64,000 bases of DNA, from assembly GCA_963699245.1 (NCBI GenBank), contig OY969426.1:2030998-2094997 (forward strand), given 5' to 3'. Under the pieces are notes generated by a model. That model searched no databases. It was given only the letters and a program-made list of their open reading frames with translations, and was not told where the DNA came from. Shown here piece after piece: positions 54,852-64,000 of the stretch. Each line of letters opens with the position of its first letter. Within the stretch, counting starts at the first letter, position 1. This DNA comes from Thermoanaerobaculia bacterium. GTDB taxonomy: Bacteria > Acidobacteriota > Thermoanaerobaculia > Multivoradales > JAGPDF01. The position numbers and the translations under genes were made by a program.

Positions 54852-56111
54852 TCAGCCGCGGAGTGCCGCAAAGGCGCCGAGGAAGAGGAGCACGAAGATC
54901 CCCATCCCGGCTCCGACCAGCAGGCGATAGCGGCCGCGCCCGACCACCAGCGCGAGACCGGCCTTGAACAGCGAATTGGCCGCCATGCCGATCGCCAGCG
55001 CCTGCGCGGCAATCCCCGCCGCAGTGCCGCTCGCCGCCATGCGGCTCATCGAGTAGGTCAGCGCGTCGAGATCGGTGAGGCCGAGCAGCAGCGCGCCGCC
55101 GAACAGTCCCCCCGAGCCGAAGCGCGCGCGGACGAAATCGAGCGCCACGGCGACAGCGGCGAAGAGCGCCGTCATCTGGATCGCGGCGCCGAGCCGCAGC
55201 GGATTGGTCGGCACATAACTCTCGCCGCCCTTCCCGGAGGGCACCGGGCGCCGCCAGGCGACACCCGCCGCCAGGACGCCGAGCACGATCGGCAGCGCCA
55301 CCACGGGCGCCACCGCACGCGCTACCGCGACGTTGAGAACCGTCGAGAGCACGGCCACCCGCGCCGGCATCACCGTCGAGGCGGCGAGCGCGCCGGCGGC
55401 GAGTGCGACGCCCGCCTCCGGCCGCGAGCGGCTCTCGCGCGCGAAGGAGAGCGTCACCGCGGTCGACGAGATGAGACCGCCGAAGAGCCCCGCCACTCCC
55501 CAGCCCCGGTGCGGCCCGGCCAGCCGCAGCGCGAGGTAGCCGGCGAACGAGAGCCCGGCGAAGACCAGCACCATCCCCCAGAGCCAGCGCGGCTGGATGC
55601 CCGCCAGCCAGGCAATGGGCTCGGTCGGCAACAACGGCAGGACGACGAGCGCCAGCACCGCGAAGCGTGCCGCCGCAGCGATCTCCTCCGAGCGCAGGCG
55701 CTCGACCGCCGCGTGCATGCGGCTCTTCTCGACCAGGACGAAAGCGGTGGCCGCGAAGAGCGAGCTGGCGATAGTCAGCCGGCCGGCGCCGGCGAGCGCG
55801 CCGGCGGCGAGCACCAGCACGCCGGCGACCTCGGTCGTGGCGTCGATGGTGCCGTGCGAGGCGGAGACGAAGTAGGCGAGCGCGACGAGCAGGACGCCGC
55901 CCGCGATCGCCGCCGCTCCCGCCGCCCAACCCGTCTCGGCGGCGAGCAGCGACGCGCAGCCGCCGAGCAGGCCGAGGAGGAGAAAGGTGCGCACGCCGCC
56001 GAAGCGCGAGTGGTCGCGCTCCTGGCGCGCCGACCACTCGCGCTCGATGCCGACCGCGAGGCCGCCGAGCCCGGCGACCGCCAGCGCGACAAGGGCGTTC
56101 TGGTCGTTCAT
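54852..56111 (-). CDS. MgtC/SapB-family N-domain + DUF4010-like polytopic membrane protein
   Basis: Frame of track ORF 54852-56462; start ATG 56109-56111 (118th codon) overlaps the upstream stop (ATGA). [17 protein letters not shown]...[15 protein letters not shown] is MgtC-like, followed by ~10 further helices. Confidence 0.65.
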   Translation of the reverse strand: MNDQNALVALAVAGLGGLAVGIEREWSARQERDHSRFGGVRTFLLLGLLGGCASLLAAETGWAAGAAAIAGGVLLVALAYFVSASHGTIDATTEVAGVLVLAAGALAGAGRLTIASSLFAATAFVLVEKSRMHAAVERLRSEEIAAAARFAVLALVVLPLLPTEPIAWLAGIQPRWLWGMVLVFAGLSFAGYLALRLAGPHRGWGVAGLFGGLISSTAVTLSFARESRSRPEAGVALAAGALAASTVMPARVAVLSTVLNVAVARAVAPVVALPIVLGVLAAGVAWRRPVPSGKGGESYVPTNPLRLGAAIQMTALFAAVAVALDFVRARFGSGGLFGGALLLGLTDLDALTYSMSRMAASGTAAGIAAQALAIGMAANSLFKAGLALVVGRGRYRLLVGAGMGIFVLLFLGAFAALRG

Positions 56112-56671
56112 GCGGATTCCGCCCGCACCGGCGCCGGGCGCCTGGCCGCGGCGAGGACGCCCGCCGCGGCGAGCGCGAGCGCGCCCGAGATCGCGTTCAG
56201 GCGCACGTCGCGCCAGTCGAAGTGACGATTGGGAAGGAGGCCCTGCAGCAGCTCGTCGCCGAGGCCGGCGAGCGCGGTGAGAGCGAAGGCGAGCCCCGCG
56301 GCGCGCCCGGCGCTCCGCGACGCCACCCGCAGGCCCTGCCGGAGAAGGAGCGCCACTGCCCCGTACTCTACGAGATGGATGCGCTCCTGGGCGTTGGCGA
56401 AGACGCCGGGCAGCAGCGCGAAGCCGGCGTAGGCCGCGACCACCGCCGCCAGCGTGGCCCATTCCCGGCCGCTCGCGCCCCCCCGCCGGAAAGCGAGGAC
56501 CACGGCGGCAAGCGCCGCGAGTCCGAGCGCGGCGATCGTCAGCCGCAGCAGATTGCGCTCGCGCAGGAAGTCGAGCGCGAACTGCGCCGGCCAGGCGGAG
56601 ACCCAGATCGCGGCGACCAGCCCCGCCGCCGCCCGGCGATACCGCGCCGCCGATCCCGGATCGCGGCTCAA
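56108..56671 (-). CDS. VanZ-like membrane protein
   Basis: Tail of track ORF 56108-57514. The putative TTG start 56669-56671 overlaps the ftsZ stop (TTGA). ...[15 protein letters not shown]...[30 protein letters not shown] matches the VanZ-like H..Y / DE..Q...P.R....D...N..G pattern (by eye). Confidence 0.5.
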   Translation of the reverse strand: MSRDPGSAARYRRAAAGLVAAIWVSAWPAQFALDFLRERNLLRLTIAALGLAALAAVVLAFRRGGASGREWATLAAVVAAYAGFALLPGVFANAQERIHLVEYGAVALLLRQGLRVASRSAGRAAGLAFALTALAGLGDELLQGLLPNRHFDWRDVRLNAISGALALAAAGVLAAARRPAPVRAESA

Positions 56672-57936
56672 TCCATGTTCTTCCTCAGGATGGTCGGGAT
56701 CTCGTAGTCGTCGATCGAGACACGTTCGGCCCGAAGCCGCTCGGGTCGTCGCCGCGCGATGGCGCCGGCGAGAACCTTGCTTGTAGAACGGAATCGACTC
56801 GGCCGGGGCCGGCGGCTCGGCCGGCGGCAGCGGACGCGCGGACGGCGGCGGCCAGGCGGCGGCGGTGGCCATCGGCGCCGCGGCGGCGCGCTGCGAGGCG
56901 GCGGCGATCGCGGCCGGCGAACGGCGCCCAGGTCTCGCCTGCCGTAGCGGAAGCCGGTGGCGATGACGGTGACCTTCATCTCCTCCTCGAGCGCCTCGTC
57001 GATCACCATGCCGGTGATGATGTTGGCGTCGGGGTCGACGGCGGCCTGGATGATGCGCGCCGCCTCGGCGACCTCGTGCAGCGCCAGGTCGCGGCCGCCC
57101 GAGATGTTGATCAGCACGCCCTTGGCGCCCTCGATCGAGGTCTCCTCGAGCAGCGGCGACGAGATCGCCCGCTGCGCCGCCTCGAGCGCCCGGTTCTCGC
57201 CCTTGGCGATGCCGGTGCCCATCAGCGCCATGCCCATGCCGCTCATGATCGGCGCGCACGTCGGCGAAGTCGACGTTGATCTCGCCCGGCACGGTGATCA
57301 GGTCGGAGATGCCCTGCACCGCCTGGCGCAGCACGTCGTCGGCGATGCGGAAGGCCTCGGCGAGCGGCGTGCCGCGCTCGACGAAGGAGAGCAGGCGCTC
57401 GTTGGGGATGGTGATCAGCGTGTCGACCGCGCCGCGCAGCTCCTCGACGCCGCGCTCGGCGTGCGCCATGCGGCGGCGCCCCTCGAAGCCGAACGGCTTG
57501 GTGACCACCGCCACGGTGAGCGCGCCGATCTCGCGCGGCGAGCGAGGCCAGGATCGGCATCGCGCCGGTGCCGGTGCCGCCGCCCATGCCGGCGGTGAGG
57601 AAGATCATGTCGGCGCCGTCGAAGCATCTCGAGGATCCGGTCGGTGTCCTCGAGCGCCGCCTTCTTGCCGACCTCGGGGTCGGCGCCGGCGCCGAGCCCG
57701 CGCGTGATCTGGCTGCCGAGCTGGAGCTTGACCGCAGCCATGCACTTCGACAGCGCCTGGATGTCGGTGTTGGCGGCGATGAACTCGATGCCGCGCAGGT
57801 TGGCCGCGATCATCCGGTTGACCGCGTTGCCGCCGCCGCCGCCGACGCCGATCACCTTGATCTTGGCGGGCACGGAAGTCGGCCCCGTCGCGGCGCCGCG
57901 CGCTCGGCCTGGCTTCTTGTCGTCGAACAGGATCAT
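56668..57936 (-). pseudogene. ftsZ: Cell division GTPase FtsZ, frame broken about five times
   Basis: Collinear fragments occupy rotating frames: [19 protein letters not shown]...[12 protein letters not shown] (ORF 57415-57936); [27 protein letters not shown] (ORF 57243-57608); [33 protein letters not shown]...NVDFADVRA (ORF 56108-57514); [20 protein letters not shown]...KVTVIATGF (ORF 56668-57246). The P/A-rich linker has best G/C third positions in the 56108 frame. The C-terminal peptide [14 protein letters not shown] is in the 56668 frame. The switches lie near 57620-57626, 57531-57545, 57247-57256, 56900-56950 and 56770-56790. Confidence 0.9.
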
Positions 57937-57969
57937 GGTCGATCTCCTTGCAGGTCGCGGAAGCCGGTT

Positions 57970-59214
57970 TCAGAGCAGGTCCGAGAAGACGCTGCGGAGG
58001 CTGCCGACGAGATTCTTCATGCGGAAGCCGCTCGTTGCGGGCCGGCCGCGCGGCGTTCGAGTCGGCGGCGGCGGCCCAGCGCAGCAGGCCGGCGGCGGTC
58101 GACCAGGTGGGCGAGGTGAGGACGTCGACGAGGCCGCCGAGCCCCTGCGGCAGGCCGTAGCGGACGCTGGCGTCGAACACCTGCGCCGCCAGCTCGAGCA
58201 GCCCGTCGAGCTGCGCGCCGCCGCCGGTGAGCACGATGCCGCCGCGCAGCGAGCCGTCCCAGCCGCTGCGCGCCAGCTCCTCGCGCACGAGCGACAGCAT
58301 CTCCTCGCCGCGCGGCTGCGAGGATCTCGCAGATCTCGCGCCGCGGCACGACGCGCGGCGCGCCGCCGGCCACCGTCGGCACCGAGATGCCCTCGTCCTC
58401 GTTGACCATCGAGCGCAGGCAGCAGCCGTCCTTGAGCTTGATCTTCTCGGCCTCGGCGTAGGGCGTGCGCAGCACCATCGCCAGGTCGTTGGTGAAGTGG
58501 CCGGCGCCGACCGGCAGGACGCCGGTGTGGCGCGGCTCGCCGTCCTCGAACAGCGCCCAGCCGGTGGTGCCGGCGCCGATGTCGATCAGCAGCACGCCGA
58601 GGTCGCGCTCGTCCGGGGTGAGCACCGCCTCGGCGATCGCCAGCGGCTCGAAGACCATCTCGCTGACCTCGATGCCGGCGCGGTTGACGCAGGTGAGCAG
58701 CGTGCTGCGAGCGCGCCGTCTGCCCGGTCACCAGGTGCGCCTGCACTTCGAGCCGCGAGCCGAGCATGCCGAGCGGGTCGGAGATCCCGCCCTGCTCGTC
58801 GACCACGAACTCCTGCGGCAGCGCGTGCAGGATCTCGCGATCCGAAGGGAGCGCCGCCGACTGCGCCGCGTCGAGCGCGCGCTGGATGTCGGTCTTGGCG
58901 ATCTCGCGGTCCTTGCGCGTCACCGACGCCACGCCGCGCACGTTGATCGAGCGGATGTCGGCGCCGGCGATGCCGACCGTAGGCGCGCGAGATCTCGACG
59001 CCGGCCATCACCTCGGCCTCCTCGCTCGCGGCGCTGCAGCGCCTCGACCGTCGCCTCGAGGTTGGCGATGTTGCCCGCGCCGCATGCCGCGGTTCGGCGC
59101 CTGCCCCCGGCCGGCGACCTCGAGCCCGCCGCGCGGGTCGCGCTTGCCGATCAGCACCGCGACCTTCGACGAACCGACGTCGATGCCGACGAAGTAATCC
59201 TCTGCCTTGGCCAT
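57970..59214 (-). pseudogene. ftsA: Cell division protein FtsA, frame broken about six times
   Basis: MAKAEDYFVGIDVGSSKVAVLIGK...GMRRG / NIANLEATVEALQR / ASEEAEVMAGVEISRAY / VGIAGADIRSINVRGVASVTRK...VQAHLVTGQTA / LLTCVNRAGIEVSEMVFEPLAIAEAVL...LIDIGAGTTGWALF...PRREICEIL / PRGEEMLSLVREELARSGW...IVLTGGGAQLDGL... / GFRMKNLVGSLRSVFSDLL (amphipathic tail). All six switches are +1, near 59072-59076, 59026-59033, ~58978, 58698-58706, 58317-58325 and 58025-58040. Confidence 0.9.
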
Positions 59215-59216
59215 GC

Positions 59217-60023
59217 TCAGGACCTCTCTGCGCTGGGTTGAAAGATGATTCGCCGCTCGAATCGCAGGTCGACCTCGTCGACGCCGGCGTAGCGGCGCTC
59301 GAGCTCGGGGACCAGCGGACGGAGGACGGGAAGGCGCGCCCGGAGCGTTCCGGCCCGCACCACGAGCGGGAACGGCAGGGCGCCGAGATAGAGACGGAAA
59401 TCCTCGTCGGAGAGCACCTGCGACCTCCGACAGCGTGGCGGCCCAGTCGGGAGCCGCGTCGCGCAGCTCTTCGGCCACCGTCGACCGCGCCGCCGAGGTC
59501 GACGGCGCTGGCGGCGCCGACGCTGACCAGCAGCAGGCCGGCGTCGTCCTCGCCCGGCCGCCAGGGGGCGATGACGCGGCCGTCGCGGTCGAGCACGGTG
59601 AGCGTGTCGCCGGCGCGCAGGAGCGCCGCCGGCTGGCGCTCGGTGACGACGAGCCGCAGCGCGTTCGGCGGCCGCTTCTCGATCGTGACGCCCGGCCACC
59701 CAGGGATGGGCGCGCAGCCGCTGCTCGACGGCGTCGAGCGGCAGGCGCCAGAGGTTCTCCCCTTCGAGCGGCGCCAGCGTCGACTCGACCCACGCCTTCT
59801 CGACGTGGCGGTTGCCGCTGATCTCGAAGCGCGACAGCGCGAAGCTCGGCGAAGCGAAGAGCCAGATCGCGAGCCCGACCGGCGCCGCGACGAGGACGAG
59901 GGCGCGCGCGAAGGGCCCGGCGAGCGCCAGCCAGGGGCTGCGCCGCCGCACCCGCACGACCGACGACGGCCGGCGGAAGGGGAGCACCTTCCCCTCGAGC
60001 GAGAAGAGCTCGCGTTCCGCCAT
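59217..60023 (-). pseudogene. ftsQ: Cell division protein FtsQ (POTRA), frame broken about three times
   Basis: MAERELFSLEGKV...WLALAGPFARALVLVAAPVGLAIWLF (TM)...FEISGNRHVEKAWVESTLAPLEGENLW...RLRAHPWV / VTIEKRPPNALRLVVTERQPAALLRAGDTLTVLDRDGRVIAPW...LLLVSVGAASAVDLGGAVD / VAEELRDAAPDWAATLSEV / QVLSDEDFRLYLGALPFPLVVRAG...VDLRFERRIIFQP. The switches lie near 59688-59697, 59478-59484 and 59419-59426. Confidence 0.8.
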
Positions 60024-61412
60024 CAGGAACCCTCGCCCACGAGCTGCTGGCCGAGCCGGTAGATGTCGCCCGCGCCGAGCGTGAGGACGACGTCCCCCGC
60101 CGAGACGCCGGCCAGCAGGCCGCGCACCTCGCGCCAGTCCGCGCAGTAGTCGACGCGCGCGTGCCCGGCGGCGCGCGCCGCGCGCGCCACCAGCTCGCCG
60201 GTCACGCCGGCAATCGGCTTCTCGCGCGACGGGTAGACGTCGGTGACGATGACGCGGTCGGCGGCGAGGAGCGCGCGGCCGAACTCCGCCGCGAGGTCGC
60301 GCGTGCGCGAGAAGAGGTGCGGCTGGAAGACCGCGTGCAGCGCGCGGCGCGGATAGACCTGCCGCGCCGCCGCCAGCGTCGCCGCGACCTCGGTCGGGTG
60401 GTGCGCGTAGTCGTCGACCACCTCGGCGCCCTGGAACTCGCCGAGCCGCTCGAAGCGGCGGTGCACGCCGCCGAAGGCGGCGAGGGCGCGCGCGATGGTC
60501 GCCATCGGGATGCCGAGCGCCAGGCCGACGCCGATCGCCGCCAGCGAGTTGCGCACGTTGTGCAGGCCGGCGAGCGGCACGGCGACGCGGCCGAGCTCGC
60601 CGGCGCGACGGTCGCGCGCCGTGAAGCGGCTCCCCGACGGGTCGCTCTCGAGCCCGCTCGCCACGCAGGTCCCAGTCGCCGTCGAGGCCGTAGCTGAACA
60701 CGCGGCGGTCGGCGAGCTTCGGCAGCAGGTCGCGCACGTTCGGGATCGTCGGCGCAGGCGATGACCTGGCCGAAGAACGGGACGCGCGAGGCGAACGTCG
60801 ACGAAGGCGTCGCGAATCTCGTCGAGGTCCTCGTAGGTGTCGAGGTGGTCGCGGTCGATCGACGTGATCACGGCGAGGATCGGCGCCAGCGTCAGGAAGC
60901 TGCGGTCGAACTCGTCGGCCTCGACCACCAGGTAGTCGCTCGCGCCGAGCCGGGCGCCGGTGCCGGTGACGCGCAGCCGGCCGCCGACGATCACCGTCGG
61001 GTCGAGTCCGGCTTCGACCAGGATGGCGCCGACCAGCGACGTCGTGGTCGTCTTGCCGTGCGTGCCGGCGATCGCGATGCCGTACTTGAGCCGCATCAGC
61101 TCGGCCAGCATCTCGGCCCGCCGCACGACGGTGATGCCGCGGCCGCGCGCCGCCTGCACCTCCGGGTTGGCCGCCCTCGATCGCCGACGAGATGACCAGC
61201 AGGTCGACCCCCTCGAGGTGATCCGGCGAGTGGCCGTACTGGACGTCGATGCCGAGCTTCTCGAGCCGCTCGGTGGTCTCGCTCGCGGCGAGATCGCAGC
61301 CCGAGACCTCGAGGTCGTACTGCGCCAGCACCTCGGCGATGCCGCTCATGCCGGCGCCGCCGATGCCGACGAAGTGCGCGTGCCGCAGGCCGGCGAGGCG
61401 ATGGAAGATCAT
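60023..61412 (-). pseudogene. murC: UDP-N-acetylmuramate--L-alanine ligase MurC, frame broken about four times
   Basis: MIFHRLAGLRHAHFVGIGGAGMSGIAEVL...LLVISSAI / ANPEVQAARGRGITVVRRAEMLAELMR...IAIAGTHGKTTTTSLVG...DHLDTYEDLDEIRDAFVD / FASRVPFFGQVIACADD / NVRDLLPKLADRRVFSYGLDGDWDL / ...GLHNVRNSLAA...VDDYAHHPTEV...FQPHLFSRTRDL.... The switches lie near 61165-61175, 60790-60797, 60742-60750 and 60660-60680. The length is 3n+1. Confidence 0.9.
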
Positions 61413-62539
61413 CGCGGCTCCCCCGCCAGCGCCTCGACGCGGTCGGCGATCGCCGCCGCGGCGCCCGGGCGCGCCAGCTGCGCGCGCCGCGCGCCCCATC
61501 GGCGAGGAGCGCCGGCCGGTCGGCGAAGAGACGCCCGATCTCGGCGGCGAGCCGCTCGGAAGTCAGCTCGCCGTCGGCGACGACGGTCGCCGCGCCGCGC
61601 CCGCGCGAGCTGACGCGCGTTCGCCTCCTGGTGGCCGCCGGCGAGCTCGAGCGGCACGAGCAGCGAGCGCACGGCCGGCGGCGGCGATCTCGGCCAGCGT
61701 GATCGCGCCGGCGCGCGAGAGCACCAGCGTCGCGCGCCGCCATCGCCGCCGCCATGTCGTCGACGAAGGGAACGACCTCGACGCCGGCGGCGCCCGGCAG
61801 CGTCGCGCTCCAGAGCGCGCGGCTCTCGTCGAGGTTCCTGGCGCCGCACTGGTGCAGCACCTCGAGCTCCGGCAGCGTCTCCCGCACGCTGGCGACGGCG
61901 GCCGGCAGCGCGCGGTTCAGCTTCCGTGCCCCCTGGCTGCCGCCGAGGACCAGGAGCCGGGGCGGGGCGTCCGCGCGCGAGCGGCGGGACGGCGAAGAAC
62001 TCGGAGCGGATCGGCACGCCGGCGACGAAGCTCGTGCAGCGCAGCTCGCGGCCGGTCGTCTCGTAGGCGGTCGCCGCGGCGGCGGCGAAGCGGGAGAGCC
62101 AGCGGTTGGCGGCGCCGGGGCGCGCGTTCGGCTCGACGAGGAGCGCCGGGCGCCGCGCCCAGCGCGCGCCGACCACCGCGGCCGCCGAGGCGTAACCGCC
62201 GGTGCCGACGACCGCGTCGACGCCGTTGGCGCGAATGAAGCGGCGCGCGGCGCGCGCCGAAGCCGCGAGCGCCCGCGCCGCGCCGACGCGCGCCACGACC
62301 GAGCGGCCGACGAAAGGACGCGCCGGCAGCGCGACGAAGTCGACGCCGCCGCGCGCCTCGACCAGGCGCCGCTCCATCCCCGCCGGATCGCCGCCGAAGC
62401 TCACGCGCCACCCCCGGCGGGCGAGCTCGTCGCCCACCGCCAGCGCCGGGAAGACGTGCCCTCCCGAGCCGCCTCCCGAGAGCAGCACGTGGCGCCGCGG
62501 CGCGCCGCCGGAGACGGGACCCTGGGTCTCATCCGCCAT
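61409..62539 (-). pseudogene. murG: Lipid II synthase MurG (undecaprenyl-PP-MurNAc-pentapeptide GlcNAc transferase), frame broken about five times
   Basis: HVLLSGGGSGGHVFPALAVGDELARRGW...VVGTGGYAS...GVPIRSEFFAVPPLA / DAPPRLLVLGGSQGARKLN...LPELEVLHQCGARN...VVPFVDDMAAAMAA / TLVLSRAGAITLAEIAAAGRA / LLVPLELAGGHQEANARQLA / GAATVVADGELTSERLAAEIGRLFADRPALLAD / ...ARPGAAAAIADRVEALAG. The switches lie near 61968-61978, 61730-61745, 61670-61685, 61600-61615 and 61495-61505. Confidence 0.88.
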
Positions 62540-63620
62540 GCTGGGAGACGTTGAGCATCACGCCGCAGGCGGTCAGCGAGACCACCATCGACGATCCGCC
62601 GTAGGAGAGGAAGGGGAGCGGAATGCCCTTGGTCGGCAGCAGCGCGAGGGCGACCGAGAGGTTGATCAGCGCCTGCAGCCCGATCACGGCCATGAAGCCC
62701 CAGCCGAGAAAGCGGCCGAACGGATCGGGCGCGCGCATGCCGGCGCGGGCGCCGCGCCAGATCAGGAGGCCGAAGAGCAGCAGGACGCCGATCGCGCCGA
62801 TCATGCCGAGCTCCTCGGCGACGATGGCGAAGATGAAGTCCGAGTGCGGATACGGGCAGGAAGTAGAGCTTCTGCACGCTCTCTCCCGGCCCCAGGCCGG
62901 TGACGCCCCCGGAGCCGATCGCGATCAGCGACTGCAGCGCCTGGAAGCCGCTGCCGAGCGGATCCTTCTCCGGGTCGAGGAAGGCGAACAGGCGCGCCCG
63001 GCGGTAGGGCTCGAGGTAGATCAGCAGCGCCCCGAGCGGCGCCAGGATCCCGGCCCCGATCGCGAGCCAGCGCCAGGAGAGGCCGGCGAGGAAGAGCAGC
63101 GTCCCGGCGGTCGCGACCAGCAGCACCGCCGACCCGAGGTCGGGCTGCAGCGACGATGAGGCCGGCGAGCAGCGCGCTGGCGGCCGCGATCGGCACCAGC
63201 AGCTCGCGCGAGTTGACGCGGTCGCGCTTGCGGTCGATCTGGTAGGCGAGGAAGGGGACGAGCGCCAGCTTGGCGAGCTCCGACGGCTGCACCGAGACGC
63301 CGGCGATGAAGAGCCAGCGCCGCGTCGCGTTGAGCTCGGGCGCGAAGAGCACCGCGACCAGCAGCACCACGACGCCGGCGAGCAGCGTGTAGACGACCTG
63401 CGGCTTCTTCAGCCAGCGGTAGTCGACGTGCATCACCGCGAACATCGCCGCGAAGCCGACCAGGGCGGCGATCGCCTGCCGGACGAGGAAGGGGTTGATC
63501 ACCGCGCCGCGCGCGTGCGCCATCGGCGCGCTGGCCGAATAGACCATCACCAGGCCGAGGCCGACCAGCAGTCACCACGACGCCGAAGAGGACGCGATCG
63601 AAGGCGAGCTTCTTAGCCAT
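62529..63620 (-). pseudogene. ftsW: SEDS-family peptidoglycan glycosyltransferase FtsW, frame broken about three times
   Basis: MAKKLAFDRVLFGVVV / LLVGLGLVMVYSASAPMAHA...FLVRQAIAALVGFAAMF...IAGVSVQPSELAKLALVPFLAY... / QPDLGSAVLLVATAGTLLFLAG...LDPEKDPLGSGFQALQSLIAIGSGGVTGLG.G / ...SDFIFAIVAEELGMIGAIGVLLLF...LLPTKGIPLPFLSYGGSSMV. The switches lie near 63570-63575 (an extra A), 63140-63160 and 62845-62870. The start overlaps the murD stop by 8 nt. Confidence 0.88.
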
Positions 63621-64000
63621 GCTTCGCCTCCGACGGACGGGCGACGAGCTCGCGCACCAGGCGCTGGAAGGCGCGGCCGCGGTCGCCGAAGTCGCGGAAC
63701 TGGTCGAAGCTCGCGCAGGCCGGCGAGAGGAGGACGCTCTCGCCGGGGAGCGCGCGCTCGGCCGCCTCGGCGACCGCGGCGGCGAGCGTGCCGCTCTCGG
63801 AGATCGCGACCGCGCCGGCGAGCGCCTTCGCCAGCGCCGGCGCCGACTCGCCGATCAGGTAGACGCGGCGCGCCTTCTTCGCCGCCATCCCGCGCAGGTC
63901 CGCGAAGTCGGCGCCCTTGTTGCGCCCGCCGAGCACCAGGTGGACGCTGCCGTCGGCGAAGCCCTCGAGCGAGCGCAGCGTGGCGCCGATGTTGGTCCCC
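63613..64000 (-). CDS. murD: UDP-N-acetylmuramoylalanine--D-glutamate ligase MurD, C-terminal part only (N-terminus beyond window end)
   Basis: The frame of track ORF 63613-63936 stays open up to nt 64000: ...GTNIGATLRSLEGFADGSVHLVLGGRNKGADFADLRG...VYLIGESAPALAKAL...VLLSPACASFDQFRDFGDRGRAFQRLV. Its position upstream of ftsW is as in dcw clusters. Confidence 0.85.
   Translation of the reverse strand, partial: GTNIGATLRSLEGFADGSVHLVLGGRNKGADFADLRGMAAKKARRVYLIGESAPALAKALAGAVAISESGTLAAAVAEAAERALPGESVLLSPACASFDQFRDFGDRGRAFQRLVRELVARPSEAKHG

Noticed and set aside
56668-63620. Programmed ribosomal frameshifting or transcriptional slippage as an explanation for the frame switches
   Set aside because: There are far too many events per gene (3-6), with no recurrent slippery heptamer or downstream structure at the sites I read. 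Essential division and wall genes are not known to use such recoding.

Overview
Very GC-rich bacterial chromosomal window; third codon positions are almost all G/C, so every real gene casts long Arg/Ala/Gly/Pro-rich shadow ORFs in the other frames. The gene families suggest an Acidobacteriota-like lineage (inference only). I resolve about 50 genes.

(1) nt 1-22185 is an envelope/accessory block with no frame disruption:
- two tandem VWA paralogs plus a transglutaminase-like/TPR lipoprotein;
- a carboxypeptidase-regulatory/TonB-receptor-like outer-membrane protein followed by a clean intrinsic terminator;
- a tightly coupled operon of a CarboxypepD-reg/TPR protein and three sulfatase-fold+TPR lipoproteins;
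- a convergent GT-C(PMT/ArnT-like)+TPR membrane glycosyltransferase, a fourth sulfatase-fold+TPR paralog, and a CNNM/CorC transporter.

This TPR-fused enzyme family expansion is my best candidate for an uncharacterised system.

(2) nt 22189-56671 is housekeeping and mixed genes:
- proS, a zinc-ribbon/TPR gene and hbd;
- an ECF sigma / ZAS anti-sigma / bactofilin-like membrane protein operon;
- a HEAT-cyclophilin lipoprotein;
- ccmABC(D)EF with a CxxxY-type CcmE;
- trmFO-xerC-[ATP-grasp, PAS kinase]-hslVU;
- a P/A/T-rich FN3-like lipoprotein, tyrS and a CBS protein;
- IorB/IorA-like molybdo-oxidoreductase;
- TPP riboswitch + thiC;
- an aminotransferase, a saccharopine-dehydrogenase-like protein, a CoA-transferase, a CPA2 antiporter, MgtC/DUF4010 and a VanZ-like protein.

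(3) nt 56668-64000 is a dcw cluster on the minus strand: murD(partial)-ftsW-murG-murC-ftsQ-ftsA-ftsZ.

The main sequence-level anomaly is about 41 single-nucleotide frame switches (roughly 36 insertions and 5 deletions, hand count) plus one in-frame TAG. All lie to the right of nt 22189, and about 25 of them are inside the 7 kb dcw cluster. This most likely reflects consensus/assembly error, but it needs read-level checking. I saw no rRNA, tRNA, CRISPR array, transposase or prophage signature.
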